A stretch of DNA of 64,000 nucleotides from an uncultured Methanomassiliicoccales archaeon (lineage in GTDB: Archaea; Thermoplasmatota; Thermoplasmata; Methanomassiliicoccales; UBA472). A model generated the notes under the pieces. That model was not told the DNA's origin and ran no database searches. It saw nothing but the letters and a program-made list of their open reading frames with translations. Position numbers and translations under genes: made by a program. The number at the start of each line of letters is the position of its first letter. Position 1 is the first letter of the stretch. The stretch spans positions 1,440,001 through 1,504,000 of the forward strand of contig OY968769.1 in assembly GCA_963695345.1 (NCBI GenBank). Reading direction: 5' to 3'. This document shows positions 1 to 9,834 of this stretch, one piece after another.

Positions 1-212
1 TTCGCACCGAGCGACAGCATGCCCCCGACTCTGCCGGTGCGTACCCTTTCGATCATGACGCCCGAATCGTCCTGCCGGTCCTGAGCCCTCAGGGAACGGT
101 TCCAGCAGAGGACGGTGACCGCATGTCCCGCTTCATGCAGGGTTGTCGCTTCTTTCCTGACGCGAGGGTCTGGCCGGTATTCGTTGGACAGCAGCATCAG
201 GATCTTGATCAT
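1..212 (-). CDS. Glycosyltransferase (GT4-like), N-terminal part; truncated by the window edge
   Basis: Manual translation from the ATG at 212 gives MIKILMLLSNEYRPDPRVRKEATTLHEAGHAVTVLCWNR, a typical GT4 N-terminus (D-x-R-V-x-K-E-A ... G-H-x-V-x-V). It lies directly downstream of the sugar-modification genes. Confidence 0.75.
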   Translation of the reverse strand, partial: MIKILMLLSNEYRPDPRVRKEATTLHEAGHAVTVLCWNRSLRAQDRQDDSGVMIERVRTGRVGGMLSLGA

Positions 213-225
213 GATACCCGCCGTT

Positions 226-1167
226 CTAGACCGTCCTGCCCTGGGCGAGCGAGTCCTTTGCCCGCTCGATCATCTCCACCGTCTTGACCCCTATGGCACC
301 AGAGTTCCTTGTCTCGGTCATAGGGTCGGAGATGGACTTGATGAAATGGAGCAGCTCGGTCCTAATGGTGTTGTTGCGCTCGACACCCAGGCGGTAGGTG
401 TAGCCTGATTCGTAGATGGTGACCTCCTGGCCTACGGCGTCGATCACGGCGGACCGGTTCTCCCCGACGATCTCGATGGACCGCACTTTCTTGGGGGAAA
501 GCCAGTTCAGGTGGGCGTGGGCCAAGGCCCCGTTGGGCATCTCGCAGCTGATGTACGTGGCCTCGGCGTTGTCCTTCTGCCGGTACGGTCTGGCCACGCA
601 GGTGATCTTAGAGGGCCAGGCATCGAGCATGTAATTGACGATATCAAAATAATGAGGTGCCAGGTCGACTATCACGTCGCGGTCGGTGAAGATCGGTTCC
701 AGGTTGGTCCAGGTCAGGTTCAGTAGGAAGACGCGACCGAAGAAGTTCTCGCTGATCAGACGCTTGACCTCCGCCAGCGCGTTGTTGAAGCGATAGATGT
801 GCCCGACCGAGAGGGTCAGTCCCTTCGCCTCCGCCAGGTCCACCAGGATGCTTCCCTCCTTGCTGGACAATGTGATGGGCTTCTCCACCAGAACATGCTT
901 GCCCGCCTCCAGCGCCTCCTTGCAGGCTTGGAAATGGAGCGAGTTGGGCAGGCAGATGTGAACCGCGTGCAGGCCTTCCAACTTGATCACGTCATGGTAG
1001 TCGTTGAACAGCATCGGCACGCCATAGCGGTCCTTGCAGTGCTGCAGGTTCTTTTCCATCAGATCGGAGACCCCTTGGACCTTCACGTTCTGTATGGCGC
1101 TGTACTCCTCCACTATCTTCCGGCCCCAGTACCCGACGCCGAGCACGCCTATCTGGAACTGTTTCAT
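226..1167 (-). CDS. Gfo/Idh/MocA family oxidoreductase (WbpB-like UDP-sugar dehydrogenase)
   Basis: Rossmann motif GVLGVGYWG, plus GKHVLVEKP and VGHIYRFN motifs; clustered with a DegT aminotransferase and an acetyltransferase. Confidence 0.85.
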   Translation of the reverse strand: MKQFQIGVLGVGYWGRKIVEEYSAIQNVKVQGVSDLMEKNLQHCKDRYGVPMLFNDYHDVIKLEGLHAVHICLPNSLHFQACKEALEAGKHVLVEKPITLSSKEGSILVDLAEAKGLTLSVGHIYRFNNALAEVKRLISENFFGRVFLLNLTWTNLEPIFTDRDVIVDLAPHYFDIVNYMLDAWPSKITCVARPYRQKDNAEATYISCEMPNGALAHAHLNWLSPKKVRSIEIVGENRSAVIDAVGQEVTIYESGYTYRLGVERNNTIRTELLHFIKSISDPMTETRNSGAIGVKTVEMIERAKDSLAQGRTV

Positions 1168-1168
1168 C

Positions 1169-2278
1169 TCACTCCGACCTCGAGTAGAATGCCCTTACCT
1201 CTTCCGCTACCCGTCCTACCTCATCATGGCTCATGTCCGGGAACATGGGCAGCGAGATCATCTCATTGGCCAGCGCCTCCGAGATAGGGAACTCCCCGCC
1301 ATTGAACCCATACAGCTGCTTGTAGATCGGCTGCATGTGGATGGGCACTGGGTAATGCACGCCCGCCTCGATCCCGTTCTTGTTCAGATGATCGGCCAGC
1401 TCGTCCCGCCTGGTGCACCTGACCGCGTAAAGGTGGAAGACCGGGGTTATGTCCTTGTCCCCCATGGGCGGCAATCTGATCTCCCTTATCCCGTCCAGTG
1501 CCTTACCGTACATCTTGGCAACCGCGATTCTCCGTGCGTTCCAATCGTCCAGGTGCTTCAGCTGCACCAGTCCGAAGGCGGCGTTGGCGGAATTGAGCCG
1601 GGAAGTGTAGCCGACCACGTCATGGACATACCTGGATATCCGGCCACAATCGCGATACTTGGCTATGTTCATGGCCGTGTCGCTGTCGTTTGTGGTGATC
1701 ATGCCACCGTCACCGCCCACGGTCATGTTCTTGGTGGGGTAGAAAGAGAAGCATCCGATATCCCCGATCGATCCCGCCTTCTTGCCCTTGTATACGGACC
1801 CATGAGCTTGGCAGGCATCCTCGACCACCTTCAGGCCCCTATCGGAGGCGATGTCCATGATCTCGTCCATCCGGCAAGGCCGTCCGAAAAGATGGACTGG
1901 CAGGAGGGCAGAGGTCTTCTTGGTCAATTTGTCGGGGATCATCGCCGGGTCCATGTTGTAATCCTGGTCCGAAGCATCCGAGAACGTGGGTCTTCCCCCC
2001 GCCTCGATCACCGAGTTCGCAGTGGCTATGAACGAGAACGGGGTTGTCAGGACCTCCTTGTCCCTGACATTGAGAGCGATGAATGCCAGCTGCAACGCGT
2101 TGGTCCCTGACGAGACCGACACGGCATGTTTGACACCGCAGTATCTTGCGAAAGCCTCTTCGAACTTGTGAACGCTCTCCCCGCCCACCAGCCTTTCGTT
2201 CTGGAGGGCGTTGGTTACCGCGTCAAGCATCTCTTTGTCCACTATAGGTTTAGCGAATGGAACTTTGTTCATTTTCAT
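1169..2278 (-). CDS. DegT/DnrJ/EryC1/StrS PLP-dependent sugar aminotransferase (WbpE-like)
   Basis: VSSGTNAL, EDACQAHG and SFYPTKNM (PLP lysine) motifs. Start re-placed at MKMNKVPF (2278). Confidence 0.9.
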   Translation of the reverse strand: MKMNKVPFAKPIVDKEMLDAVTNALQNERLVGGESVHKFEEAFARYCGVKHAVSVSSGTNALQLAFIALNVRDKEVLTTPFSFIATANSVIEAGGRPTFSDASDQDYNMDPAMIPDKLTKKTSALLPVHLFGRPCRMDEIMDIASDRGLKVVEDACQAHGSVYKGKKAGSIGDIGCFSFYPTKNMTVGGDGGMITTNDSDTAMNIAKYRDCGRISRYVHDVVGYTSRLNSANAAFGLVQLKHLDDWNARRIAVAKMYGKALDGIREIRLPPMGDKDITPVFHLYAVRCTRRDELADHLNKNGIEAGVHYPVPIHMQPIYKQLYGFNGGEFPISEALANEMISLPMFPDMSHDEVGRVAEEVRAFYSRSE

Positions 2279-2283
2279 CACCG

Positions 2284-2766
2284 TTACTTGAGTTTCTTGA
2301 TCACCTTGGCAGGGTTTCCGACGACGAGGGAATTCGGAGGCACGTCCTTTGTTACGACGGCCCCTGCTCCCACCATGGCACCCTCGCCGATGGTGACACC
2401 GCATACGATTACCGCGCCTGCCCCTATCGAAGCCCCCTTCCTTACCGTGGTCGGAGTGACCTCCCAGTCTCCCACTGCATGGGGATGGAGATCGTTGGTG
2501 AAAACGGCGTGCGGGCCTATGAAAACCTCATCCTCGACGGTTACCCCGCTGGGTACGAATGCGAAAGCCTCTATCTTGCACCGATCGCCCAGGACAACGC
2601 CTCTCTGTATCTCAGCGAACGCCGCGATCTTGCAGTCCTTTCCGATCCTGCAGCCATACAGGTTGACGAAATCTCGAACAACCGTGCCTTCTCCGATATC
2701 ACAGTCATGGATCGAATAGAAGTCGGCCAGTAGCTTGTAGCCTTTACTATCTTCGTCCTTATTCAT
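2284..2766 (-). CDS. Hexapeptide-repeat N-acetyltransferase (WbpD-like)
   Basis: Left-handed beta-helix hexapeptide repeats, FTND motif and the C-terminal VGAGAVVTKDVP...VVGNPAK. Confidence 0.9.
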   Translation of the reverse strand: MNKDEDSKGYKLLADFYSIHDCDIGEGTVVRDFVNLYGCRIGKDCKIAAFAEIQRGVVLGDRCKIEAFAFVPSGVTVEDEVFIGPHAVFTNDLHPHAVGDWEVTPTTVRKGASIGAGAVIVCGVTIGEGAMVGAGAVVTKDVPPNSLVVGNPAKVIKKLK

Positions 2767-3020
2767 CCGCTATCTCTAACTCTCTAGTTGATTAATAATC
2801 TTTTGCTGAAAAAATCATGCTGGCTGGAGCAGACATGCCCGATATTTTACGAACTTCCCGATGAATGGCAACGGTGAGATTCGTCCGGACCTCCTTGGGT
2901 AATATGCGAAGATCATCGGGGAATTCATTGTTCCCGTTGAGGTCATTTCATCCTGTACACATCTTTCAGACATGGTACCTATGGTCGCCCCGACTTGCTG
3001 GCCATTACCAGAAAATTAGC

Positions 3021-3078
3021 CAACAACCTATTTATATCTAGTTCAACATTCATTTATATCGTCTGACACGTGTCGGAC
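3021..3078 (+). promoter_or_regulatory. Tandem TATA-like boxes plus an 18-bp palindrome upstream of smc
   Basis: ATTTATATC at 3030-3038 and 3052-3060; GTCTGACACGTGTCGGAC at 3061-3078 (one mismatched pair). Confidence 0.5.
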
Positions 3079-3155
3079 TCGAGGGATGGGATGCAGCTGG
3101 AGCTAAGGCTCTATTTGAAAGATTGCTCCAAAGACCTCATTCAGGGGGGTTTTGG

Positions 3156-6100
3156 ATGTTTCTAAAACAGATCGAAGTAGAGAACTTTAAGTCATTCGGA
3201 AAGAAGATGACCATCCCGATGATGAACGGCTTCACTGCCGTCACCGGACCCAACGGTTCCGGTAAATCCAACATATCCGATGCCATCCTTTTTGTCCTCG
3301 GCCCGAGGAGCTCCAAGGCGCTCCGGGCGGAGAGGCTCACCGACCTCATATTCAATGGCGGGAACTCGAAGCAGCCCGCTACCTTTACAAAGGTTTCACT
3401 AGTGTTCGACAATACCGACCGCTTGATCCCGGTGGATTCGGGCATCGTAAAGCTGACCCGGCTGGTCAAGCTGTCGGAGAGTGGCGAGGGTTACAACTCC
3501 TATTTCTACGTGAACGACAGGAAATCGACCTTAAGCGAGTTCGATTATCTACTGTCCAGCGCCAGGATCAGCGCTGAGGGATACAATCTGGTGCAGCAGG
3601 GTGACATCACCCGCATCGTGGCCATGTCCACATTGGACCGGCGTAGGATACTGGACGACATATCCGGCATCAGCAAGTTCGATGAGGAGCTCACCAAGGC
3701 GGAGGTCGAGAAGAAGGCGACCGACGAGAACATTGACCGGATCGACATCATAATGGCTGAACTGGAGAAGCAGCTCCACCAGCTGGAGGTGGAGAAGGCC
3801 GCCGCCATCAAGTTCATCGAGACCAGACAGCGCCTTACCCAGGCCAAGTCAAGCATGGCCTTCAAGAAGAAAGACATGGCCGAGGCCGAGATCGCCGCGG
3901 CGAAGAACCAGATCGAGGCCTATGGCAGGGAGATCGAGGCCCTCAGGCAGAGGAAGGTCGACCTGATCAAGTCCATAATAGACCAGGAGGCGGCCACGGC
4001 GAAGCTCGAGGCGGAGATCGCCGCAAAGGGCGGCCAGGAGTTCAAGGAGCTGAAGGAGCGGTCCGACGCGGCGAAGATAGAGCTGGCCCGGGCTACCGAC
4101 CTGATATCCCGATCCAACGAAGACCTGGAGGACATCAAGCAGTCATTGCTGGAGAAGGTGGAAGAGCGCAAGAAGGTCACCGAGCTGATCTCCACCCTGG
4201 GCGTCAAGATCAAGGAGCTGGAAGGTCAGATAGGGCAGCGCAGGGCCAACCTGGCCCTGAAGAATGCAAATCATGCCGAGGTATCCGCCAAGATCACCGC
4301 CTCCGATTCCGAGGTCGGCGCGCTGCAGAAGCAGGTCGCCGAGCTGGAGAACTCGGTCAAGGACAAGGAGGAGAAGGGTCACGCCCTGGTCCTGGAGAAG
4401 GAGCGCCTGGAGGAGAGGTCAAGAAGGCTCACCTCCGAGATGGGCACGCTCCAGGACATCAAAGGCCAATTGGAATTCGAGGTCAAGGACCTGGACTGGA
4501 GGATCAGGGAACTGTCCAAATCGGACAAGAGCTCCTCAGGGGAGCTGAAGGGCCTCCAGGACGCCTATTTCCAGAAGCGCAACCTGGAATCCAAGCTGTC
4601 GCGGGAATCGAACGAGCTGGAACAGGCGATCAAGTCCATCACTAGGGAGTACAGTCTTCTGAAGGCGGAAATGGACGCGGCCGAGAACACCTCCCGCGGC
4701 TACAACCGGGCGGTCCGCGCCATACTTGAGGCCAGGGACAAGCACGAGATCAAAGGCATCCATGGGACGGTCGCGGAACTGGCGACCATCGACCCGAAGT
4801 ACGAGCTGGCTCTGAACGTGGCCGCAGGGGCGAGGATGCAATCGATCATCGTCGACAGCGACGAGGTGGCAGCGACCGCCATACAATTCCTGAAACGTAA
4901 CAACCTGGGAAGGGCCACGTTCCTGCCGCTCACCAAGATGCTCGACGGGAATCCCCGGGGCAAGGCCCTGCTGGCGGAGAAGCAGGCGGTGGGATTCGCC
5001 ATCGATCTGATCCGCTACGATGCGAAGTATCGGCCCGCCTTCTGGTATGTGTTCGGCGACACCGTGGTCGTGGACAGCCTGGACCAGGCCAGGAGGCTCA
5101 TGGGAGGGGTACGCCTGGTGACTGGCTCGGGAGAGCTGATCGAAGCCTCCGGCGCCATGGTCGGCGGCACCATAGAGGTCAATCAGCTCAAGTTCGGGCA
5201 ATCGGCCAAGGGCAAGCTCGAGCTACTGGCCGAGCAGATGTCCAAGGCCATGGACCACTCCGCAAGCCTGGATGCCCAGATCAAGGTGCTCAGGCCGGAG
5301 ATCGCCGACCTGGAAGCGAAGATCCGCGAACTGAGCGGGTCGGGCAGCAGCAACAGCATCAAGATAGAGGCGCTGGACAACAATCTCAAAGAGGCCCGAA
5401 CCAAGCTGTCGAAGGCCAAGGATGACCTCGAGGCGATGACCAAGGAACGGTCTGTAGCGGACGCCAGTGTCATCAAGTTGATGACCGACATCGACTCGAT
5501 GCAAAGGACGACGGGCGAAGAGCGGATGAAGCGCGAGGCCTCCCGTAAGAGACTGATGGAGATCGCCCCCAAGGAACTGACGGACAAGCTGCGTGCACTG
5601 CAGGCCGAGCTGCTGACGATCAACACCGAACTTTCAAAGATGACCTCGGAGCGGGACACCGGTTCCACCGAGGTCTCGCTCTATAGGAAACGCCTTGAGG
5701 AACTGGACACCTTCGACCGGGAGATGGTGGAGAAGGACCGCACCATCAGGACGTCGGTCGAGGAGGCCAAGGTCAGGGAGGCCAAGCTCCGGATCGATCT
5801 GGCAGCCATGAAGAAGATCGAGGAGTCCATGGGCTCCGAGATGAACACCCTGCGGGCCAAGAAGGACCAGGCGTTCAGGGAAAAGACCCGCCTGGAAGGC
5901 GAGAGGGACTCGGTCCAGACGAAGGTGGAGACATCCGGCGATTTCATCCTGCAGCTGAAGACCAAGCAGGCCGCCATCGAAGCCTCGCTTAAGGACCTGG
6001 ACGCAGAGATACACCAGCACAATCTTCCGGCCAAGAGGCCGCTGCCGGCGATGGACGAGATCAAGTCCGAGATCACCCGCTGCGAGACGACGATGGCCGC

Positions 6101-6767
6101 CATGGGCAACGTCAACCTCAAGTCCATCGAGGACTTCGAGCAGAAGAACGCCCGGCACATCGAGCTCAAGGGCGAGGTGAAGCGCCTGGAGGACCAGCGC
6201 AACGACCTCATCCGGCTGACCAATGACCTGAATGAGAAGAAGAAGGTCGGACTGCTCAAGGTCTACGAGGGGGTCAACCTCAATTTCAAAGAGGTCTACG
6301 CCGACCTGTCCCAGGGCGGGACCGCCGAACTGATACTGGAGAATCCGGAAAAGCCGTTCGAGGGCGGATTGATCATGAAGGCCAAGCCCCGAAACGGAAA
6401 GGTGCTCCGGCTGGAGGCGCTATCCGGCGGGGAGAAGAGCCTCACGGCATTGGCGTTCATATTTGCGCTGCAGGTCTGGCAGCCGTCGCCGTTCTACCTC
6501 CTGGACGAGGTGGACATGTTCCTGGACGCGGTCAACGCGGACATGGTGGCGCAGAGGGTCAAGAAGAGCAGCAAGACCGCCCAGTTCGTCCAGATATCGC
6601 TCCGGAAGGTCACGCTGAACAAGGCCGACCACATCATCGGCGTCACGAAGCCCGAGGGGGGCATCAGCAACGTGATCATGAGGCCCAACCTGGGGGACAT
6701 CCGGGAAGTGGCAGAGGAGCTCAAGATTCCGGAAGAGAAGGTCAAGATTCTAGAGGAGGGGTCATGA
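3156..6767 (+). CDS. smc: Chromosome segregation protein SMC
   Basis: N-terminal FKSF and Walker A GPNGSGKSN, long coiled coils, hinge GRATFLPL, signature LSGGEKS and Walker B LLDEVD. Start taken at MFLKQIEV. Confidence 0.97.
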   Translation: MFLKQIEVENFKSFGKKMTIPMMNGFTAVTGPNGSGKSNISDAILFVLGPRSSKALRAERLTDLIFNGGNSKQPATFTKVSLVFDNTDRLIPVDSGIVKLTRLVKLSESGEGYNSYFYVNDRKSTLSEFDYLLSSARISAEGYNLVQQGDITRIVAMSTLDRRRILDDISGISKFDEELTKAEVEKKATDENIDRIDIIMAELEKQLHQLEVEKAAAIKFIETRQRLTQAKSSMAFKKKDMAEAEIAAAKNQIEAYGREIEALRQRKVDLIKSIIDQEAATAKLEAEIAAKGGQEFKELKERSDAAKIELARATDLISRSNEDLEDIKQSLLEKVEERKKVTELISTLGVKIKELEGQIGQRRANLALKNANHAEVSAKITASDSEVGALQKQVAELENSVKDKEEKGHALVLEKERLEERSRRLTSEMGTLQDIKGQLEFEVKDLDWRIRELSKSDKSSSGELKGLQDAYFQKRNLESKLSRESNELEQAIKSITREYSLLKAEMDAAENTSRGYNRAVRAILEARDKHEIKGIHGTVAELATIDPKYELALNVAAGARMQSIIVDSDEVAATAIQFLKRNNLGRATFLPLTKMLDGNPRGKALLAEKQAVGFAIDLIRYDAKYRPAFWYVFGDTVVVDSLDQARRLMGGVRLVTGSGELIEASGAMVGGTIEVNQLKFGQSAKGKLELLAEQMSKAMDHSASLDAQIKVLRPEIADLEAKIRELSGSGSSNSIKIEALDNNLKEARTKLSKAKDDLEAMTKERSVADASVIKLMTDIDSMQRTTGEERMKREASRKRLMEIAPKELTDKLRALQAELLTINTELSKMTSERDTGSTEVSLYRKRLEELDTFDREMVEKDRTIRTSVEEAKVREAKLRIDLAAMKKIEESMGSEMNTLRAKKDQAFREKTRLEGERDSVQTKVETSGDFILQLKTKQAAIEASLKDLDAEIHQHNLPAKRPLPAMDEIKSEITRCETTMAAMGNVNLKSIEDFEQKNARHIELKGEVKRLEDQRNDLIRLTNDLNEKKKVGLLKVYEGVNLNFKEVYADLSQGGTAELILENPEKPFEGGLIMKAKPRNGKVLRLEALSGGEKSLTALAFIFALQVWQPSPFYLLDEVDMFLDAVNADMVAQRVKKSSKTAQFVQISLRKVTLNKADHIIGVTKPEGGISNVIMRPNLGDIREVAEELKIPEEKVKILEEGS

Positions 6768-7675
6768 TGGAAGCAGGCACTAGCGGTATGGTTCTCAACC
6801 ATCTTCTGTTTCAGAAGGCGATCATCGACGAAGGCGACAGGAGCGAGAAGATCGACCGGTACCTGCAACTGCTGGAGCAGGCCGAGGCGGGCAACGAGAT
6901 GGTCCCATCGGACCCCATCGACCGATCCGTCCAGCTGGTATTCGAATTGGTGCTGTCCAACAACTATGACCCCTGGGACATCAATCTGATGGAGTTCACC
7001 CGGATGTACACCAAGAAGATGCATGCCGAGGAGGTCAACTTCATCGTCGCCGGCAAGCTGATGTTCATGGCCTGGAGCATCCTCAAGATGCAGTCCGAGG
7101 AGGTCCTCTCGGTCCATGACCAGCAGCATAGCGGAGAGGCGGCCGACTGGGAAATGGACCCGATGGAAGGGTGCTATGACGATCCTGTTCTGGCAAACAT
7201 CAACGTCGACATCCCTGGATGCGTGGACCTGACCGAGGCCGTCCGTCACCAGAGCACCCGGCCGGTATCGCTCATCGAACTGCTGGACGCCTTTGAGGGG
7301 GCCAAACGGGATGCCGAGATCCAGGCCCACCGGCAGAAGGTGCGGGAAGCCCTGAAGCTCACCAACGAGAAGTTCGACGACAAGGCCCACAAGGAGGACC
7401 ACGAGAGGGACGTGGCCGAGACCTGGGACCGCATTCTGAAATGCGGTAACGGACCGATCTGCATCGAGGACCTGTTCAATGGCGAGAAGGAGGACCGGAT
7501 CATGGTCTTCGTTTCCCTGCTCTTCCTGGCAAAATACGGCAAGGTCGCCCTATGGCAGGATGACCTTCCCTTCGGCCAGATATTCCTGGAGATCAAGCTG
7601 CCGTGGGACATCGGAACGATCGAGGAGACGAAGCCGGCCATCGTGCCGGCGCCGCAGGCGAAAGCGGTGATCTGA
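6764..7675 (+). CDS. scpA: Segregation and condensation protein A (kleisin)
   Basis: DPWDINL motif and C-terminal FVSLLFLA...LWQDDLPFGQI winged helix; ATGA overlap with smc. Confidence 0.9.
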   Translation: MMEAGTSGMVLNHLLFQKAIIDEGDRSEKIDRYLQLLEQAEAGNEMVPSDPIDRSVQLVFELVLSNNYDPWDINLMEFTRMYTKKMHAEEVNFIVAGKLMFMAWSILKMQSEEVLSVHDQQHSGEAADWEMDPMEGCYDDPVLANINVDIPGCVDLTEAVRHQSTRPVSLIELLDAFEGAKRDAEIQAHRQKVREALKLTNEKFDDKAHKEDHERDVAETWDRILKCGNGPICIEDLFNGEKEDRIMVFVSLLFLAKYGKVALWQDDLPFGQIFLEIKLPWDIGTIEETKPAIVPAPQAKAVI

Positions 7676-7676
7676 A

Positions 7677-8174
7677 GTGGACCCCGACCGGGTTGTCGAG
7701 GCGGTGCTGTTCTCCTCTTCATCCCCAGTCAAGGTGTCCGAGATAGCTGACAAGGCCCAGCTCTCTCAGGACGCGGTGCGGAGGGCGCTGAAGCGCCTCA
7801 TCGACGACTACGCCGGAAAGGAGTGCGCCATGGAGGTCGTCAAGACCGGCATGAAGTACTCCATGCAGCTCCGCAAGGATTACGTGCAATTCTCCGCCAG
7901 CTATGCCGTCCAAGAGCTGGACCCGGGAGTGATCAAGACCGCGGCCATAATAGCCTACAACCAGCCCATACTGCAATCGGACCTGGCAAAGAAGCGCGGG
8001 TCGAACGTTTATGACGATATCCGGTCCCTTCGGCACATCGGCCTGATCACCGGGAAGAAGACCGGTCAGACGCTTCTGCTCTCGACCACGAAGAAGTTCT
8101 CTGAATATTTCGGGATCAGCACCAGGAAGGAAGACATCAAGGAGTGGATGGAATCATGCGCAAAGAAACAATAA
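7677..8174 (+). CDS. scpB: Segregation and condensation protein B (kite)
   Basis: VEAVLFSS, TAAIIAYNQPI and TTKKFSEYFG motifs; directly follows scpA. Confidence 0.9.
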   Translation: MDPDRVVEAVLFSSSSPVKVSEIADKAQLSQDAVRRALKRLIDDYAGKECAMEVVKTGMKYSMQLRKDYVQFSASYAVQELDPGVIKTAAIIAYNQPILQSDLAKKRGSNVYDDIRSLRHIGLITGKKTGQTLLLSTTKKFSEYFGISTRKEDIKEWMESCAKKQ

Positions 8175-8338
8175 ACCCCCAAACAGCGAACTGGAGCCTG
8201 GAACGGATCCCCGCCGCACCGGCGAACGTGAAAGGACCGTCATCCAACTACGGGGTCACTCTGAAGGAGATCGAGTTCGAGAAGGACAGTACGGTCGGCT
8301 CATGGACCGGATACCCCTACGTTTCGTTGAAAAAATGA
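8156..8338 (+). CDS. Small hypothetical protein (60 aa) overlapping the scpB 3' end
   Basis: ATG at 8156 preceded by GGAGTGGA; GC3-rich, host-like codons; followed by a hairpin. No family recognised. Confidence 0.4.
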   Translation: MRKETINPQTANWSLERIPAAPANVKGPSSNYGVTLKEIEFEKDSTVGSWTGYPYVSLKK

Positions 8339-8363
8339 ACTACGGATGAACGAACCTCCAAAC

Positions 8364-8398
8364 TCTGGCCCGCCCCCTTTCCTGAAAGGCGGGCCGGA
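8364..8398 (+). terminator. GC-rich hairpin downstream of the smc-scpAB operon
   Basis: TCTGGCCCGCC...TTT CCTG AAA GGCGGGCCGGA inverted repeat. Confidence 0.45.
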
Positions 8399-8464
8399 AA
8401 CAATTAGAATCTCAGTAGAAAAGCTTTAAATTGGTCAGCCCCAATCCGTGGCTGAGTGATATTA

Positions 8465-8680
8465 ATGGTGATGCCGTTAGCGCTGCTCGAGAAGTCCCTC
8501 AACAAAAAGATCTCCCTTCTATTGAAGGACAACCGGGTTTTAGAGGGAAAGCTCACGGGCTATGACGAGTACATGAACATGGTCCTCGAAGAGACAGAGG
8601 AGCGCACCGCCGACCAGACCCGCAGGATGGGCGTCGTCATTCTACGCGGCAACAACGTTGTGAGCATCTCCCCGCTCTGA
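8465..8680 (+). CDS. Sm-like archaeal protein (SmAP/LSm)
   Basis: Sm1 motif GKLTGYDEYMNMVLEE and Sm2 motif ILRGNNV; TTTAAA box near 8425. Confidence 0.92.
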   Translation: MVMPLALLEKSLNKKISLLLKDNRVLEGKLTGYDEYMNMVLEETEERTADQTRRMGVVILRGNNVVSISPL

Positions 8681-8739
8681 AACCCCTAAATCTATTATTA
8701 GCGCAAAGGCACTGTTCCATCTATGGGGGGTCCTACCGA

Positions 8740-9705
8740 ATGAAGGCAGTTATTCTCGCTGGCGGTCTTGGAACGCGGCTAAGGCCTATCACATATAAGA
8801 CACCCAAGCCGCTTGTGCCATTGCTCGGAAAACCGATTGTTATGCATATCATCGATTCATTGCCGCCCCGTGTCGACACGGTCGTGCTGGCAGTGAGCTA
8901 CATGAAAGATGTCCTGGAGGAGTACTTCCAGGTCAATGATTGCGGCAGGAAGGTCATACTGGTCAACGAGACCACCCCTCTGGGCACGGGCGGGGCGGTC
9001 AAGAACGTGGAGGAGCATCTGGACGATACGTTCATCGTCATCAACGGGGACGTCCTCACCTCCATTGACTTCGAGTCAATGGTCAGGTACCACAGGGAAA
9101 AGGGAGGGATAGGGACCATCTCGCTGTGGCAGGTGGAGAACCCTACGGCCTTCGGAGTCGTCGGACTGGACAAGGACCACCGGATCAACATCTTCCAGGA
9201 GAAGCCGTCCCTGGAAGAGGCGGTCTCGAACATGATAAACGCCGGTGTGTACGTCTTCGAACCGGATATGCTGGACAACATAGGCAGGGGTTCGGTCTCC
9301 ATCGAAAAGGAAGTGTTCCCCAAGGTCCTCGACCAAGGGCTTTACGGTTACCAATACGGCGGATACTGGGTGGATTGCGGCACAAGGGAGAGCTACCTGA
9401 AGGCTCAAAGGACATTGATGGACTTCGGGCTGAAGAACAACCAGTCCGCCGTCATGAGCGGCGATGTCAAGCTGGTGGGGCCAGTGGACCTGGCCGGGTC
9501 CAAGCTGGACTCGTGCTCCGTCGGGCCCTATGTGGTCGCCGAGCCGAACGTGACCGTCGGGGCCGGGGCGGAGGTATCCAACAGCGTTCTCATGCGGGGC
9601 GCCACCGTATGTCCCGGGGCGATGGTGCGCAACTCACTGATCGGACCAGGGTTTGTGGTCGAAAAGGACCAAGGCGCCATCGATGTCATCCTGGGCAACC
9701 GGTGA
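8740..9705 (+). CDS. NDP-sugar synthase (mannose-1-phosphate guanylyltransferase-like)
   Basis: AVILAGGLGTRLRPIT...PKPL, PLGTGGA, NGD and YWVDCGT motifs; C-terminal hexapeptide repeats. Confidence 0.88.
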   Translation: MKAVILAGGLGTRLRPITYKTPKPLVPLLGKPIVMHIIDSLPPRVDTVVLAVSYMKDVLEEYFQVNDCGRKVILVNETTPLGTGGAVKNVEEHLDDTFIVINGDVLTSIDFESMVRYHREKGGIGTISLWQVENPTAFGVVGLDKDHRINIFQEKPSLEEAVSNMINAGVYVFEPDMLDNIGRGSVSIEKEVFPKVLDQGLYGYQYGGYWVDCGTRESYLKAQRTLMDFGLKNNQSAVMSGDVKLVGPVDLAGSKLDSCSVGPYVVAEPNVTVGAGAEVSNSVLMRGATVCPGAMVRNSLIGPGFVVEKDQGAIDVILGNR

Positions 9706-9834
9706 AACGCTATCCGACGGACTCGTAGAATATTCTATACGGTACATGTATGGAGTCTCACGGCAGGTATATATCCGCTGATACATTTCCGGGTCTAAGG
9801 CGGGATCAGGCTGGAACGCAAACCACTTGACAAA

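Noticed and set aside
8175-8400. RNase P or SRP RNA in the scpB-Sm gap
   Set aside because: Neither the P4 consensus nor the SRP helix-8 motif was found on either strand, and the gap is short.
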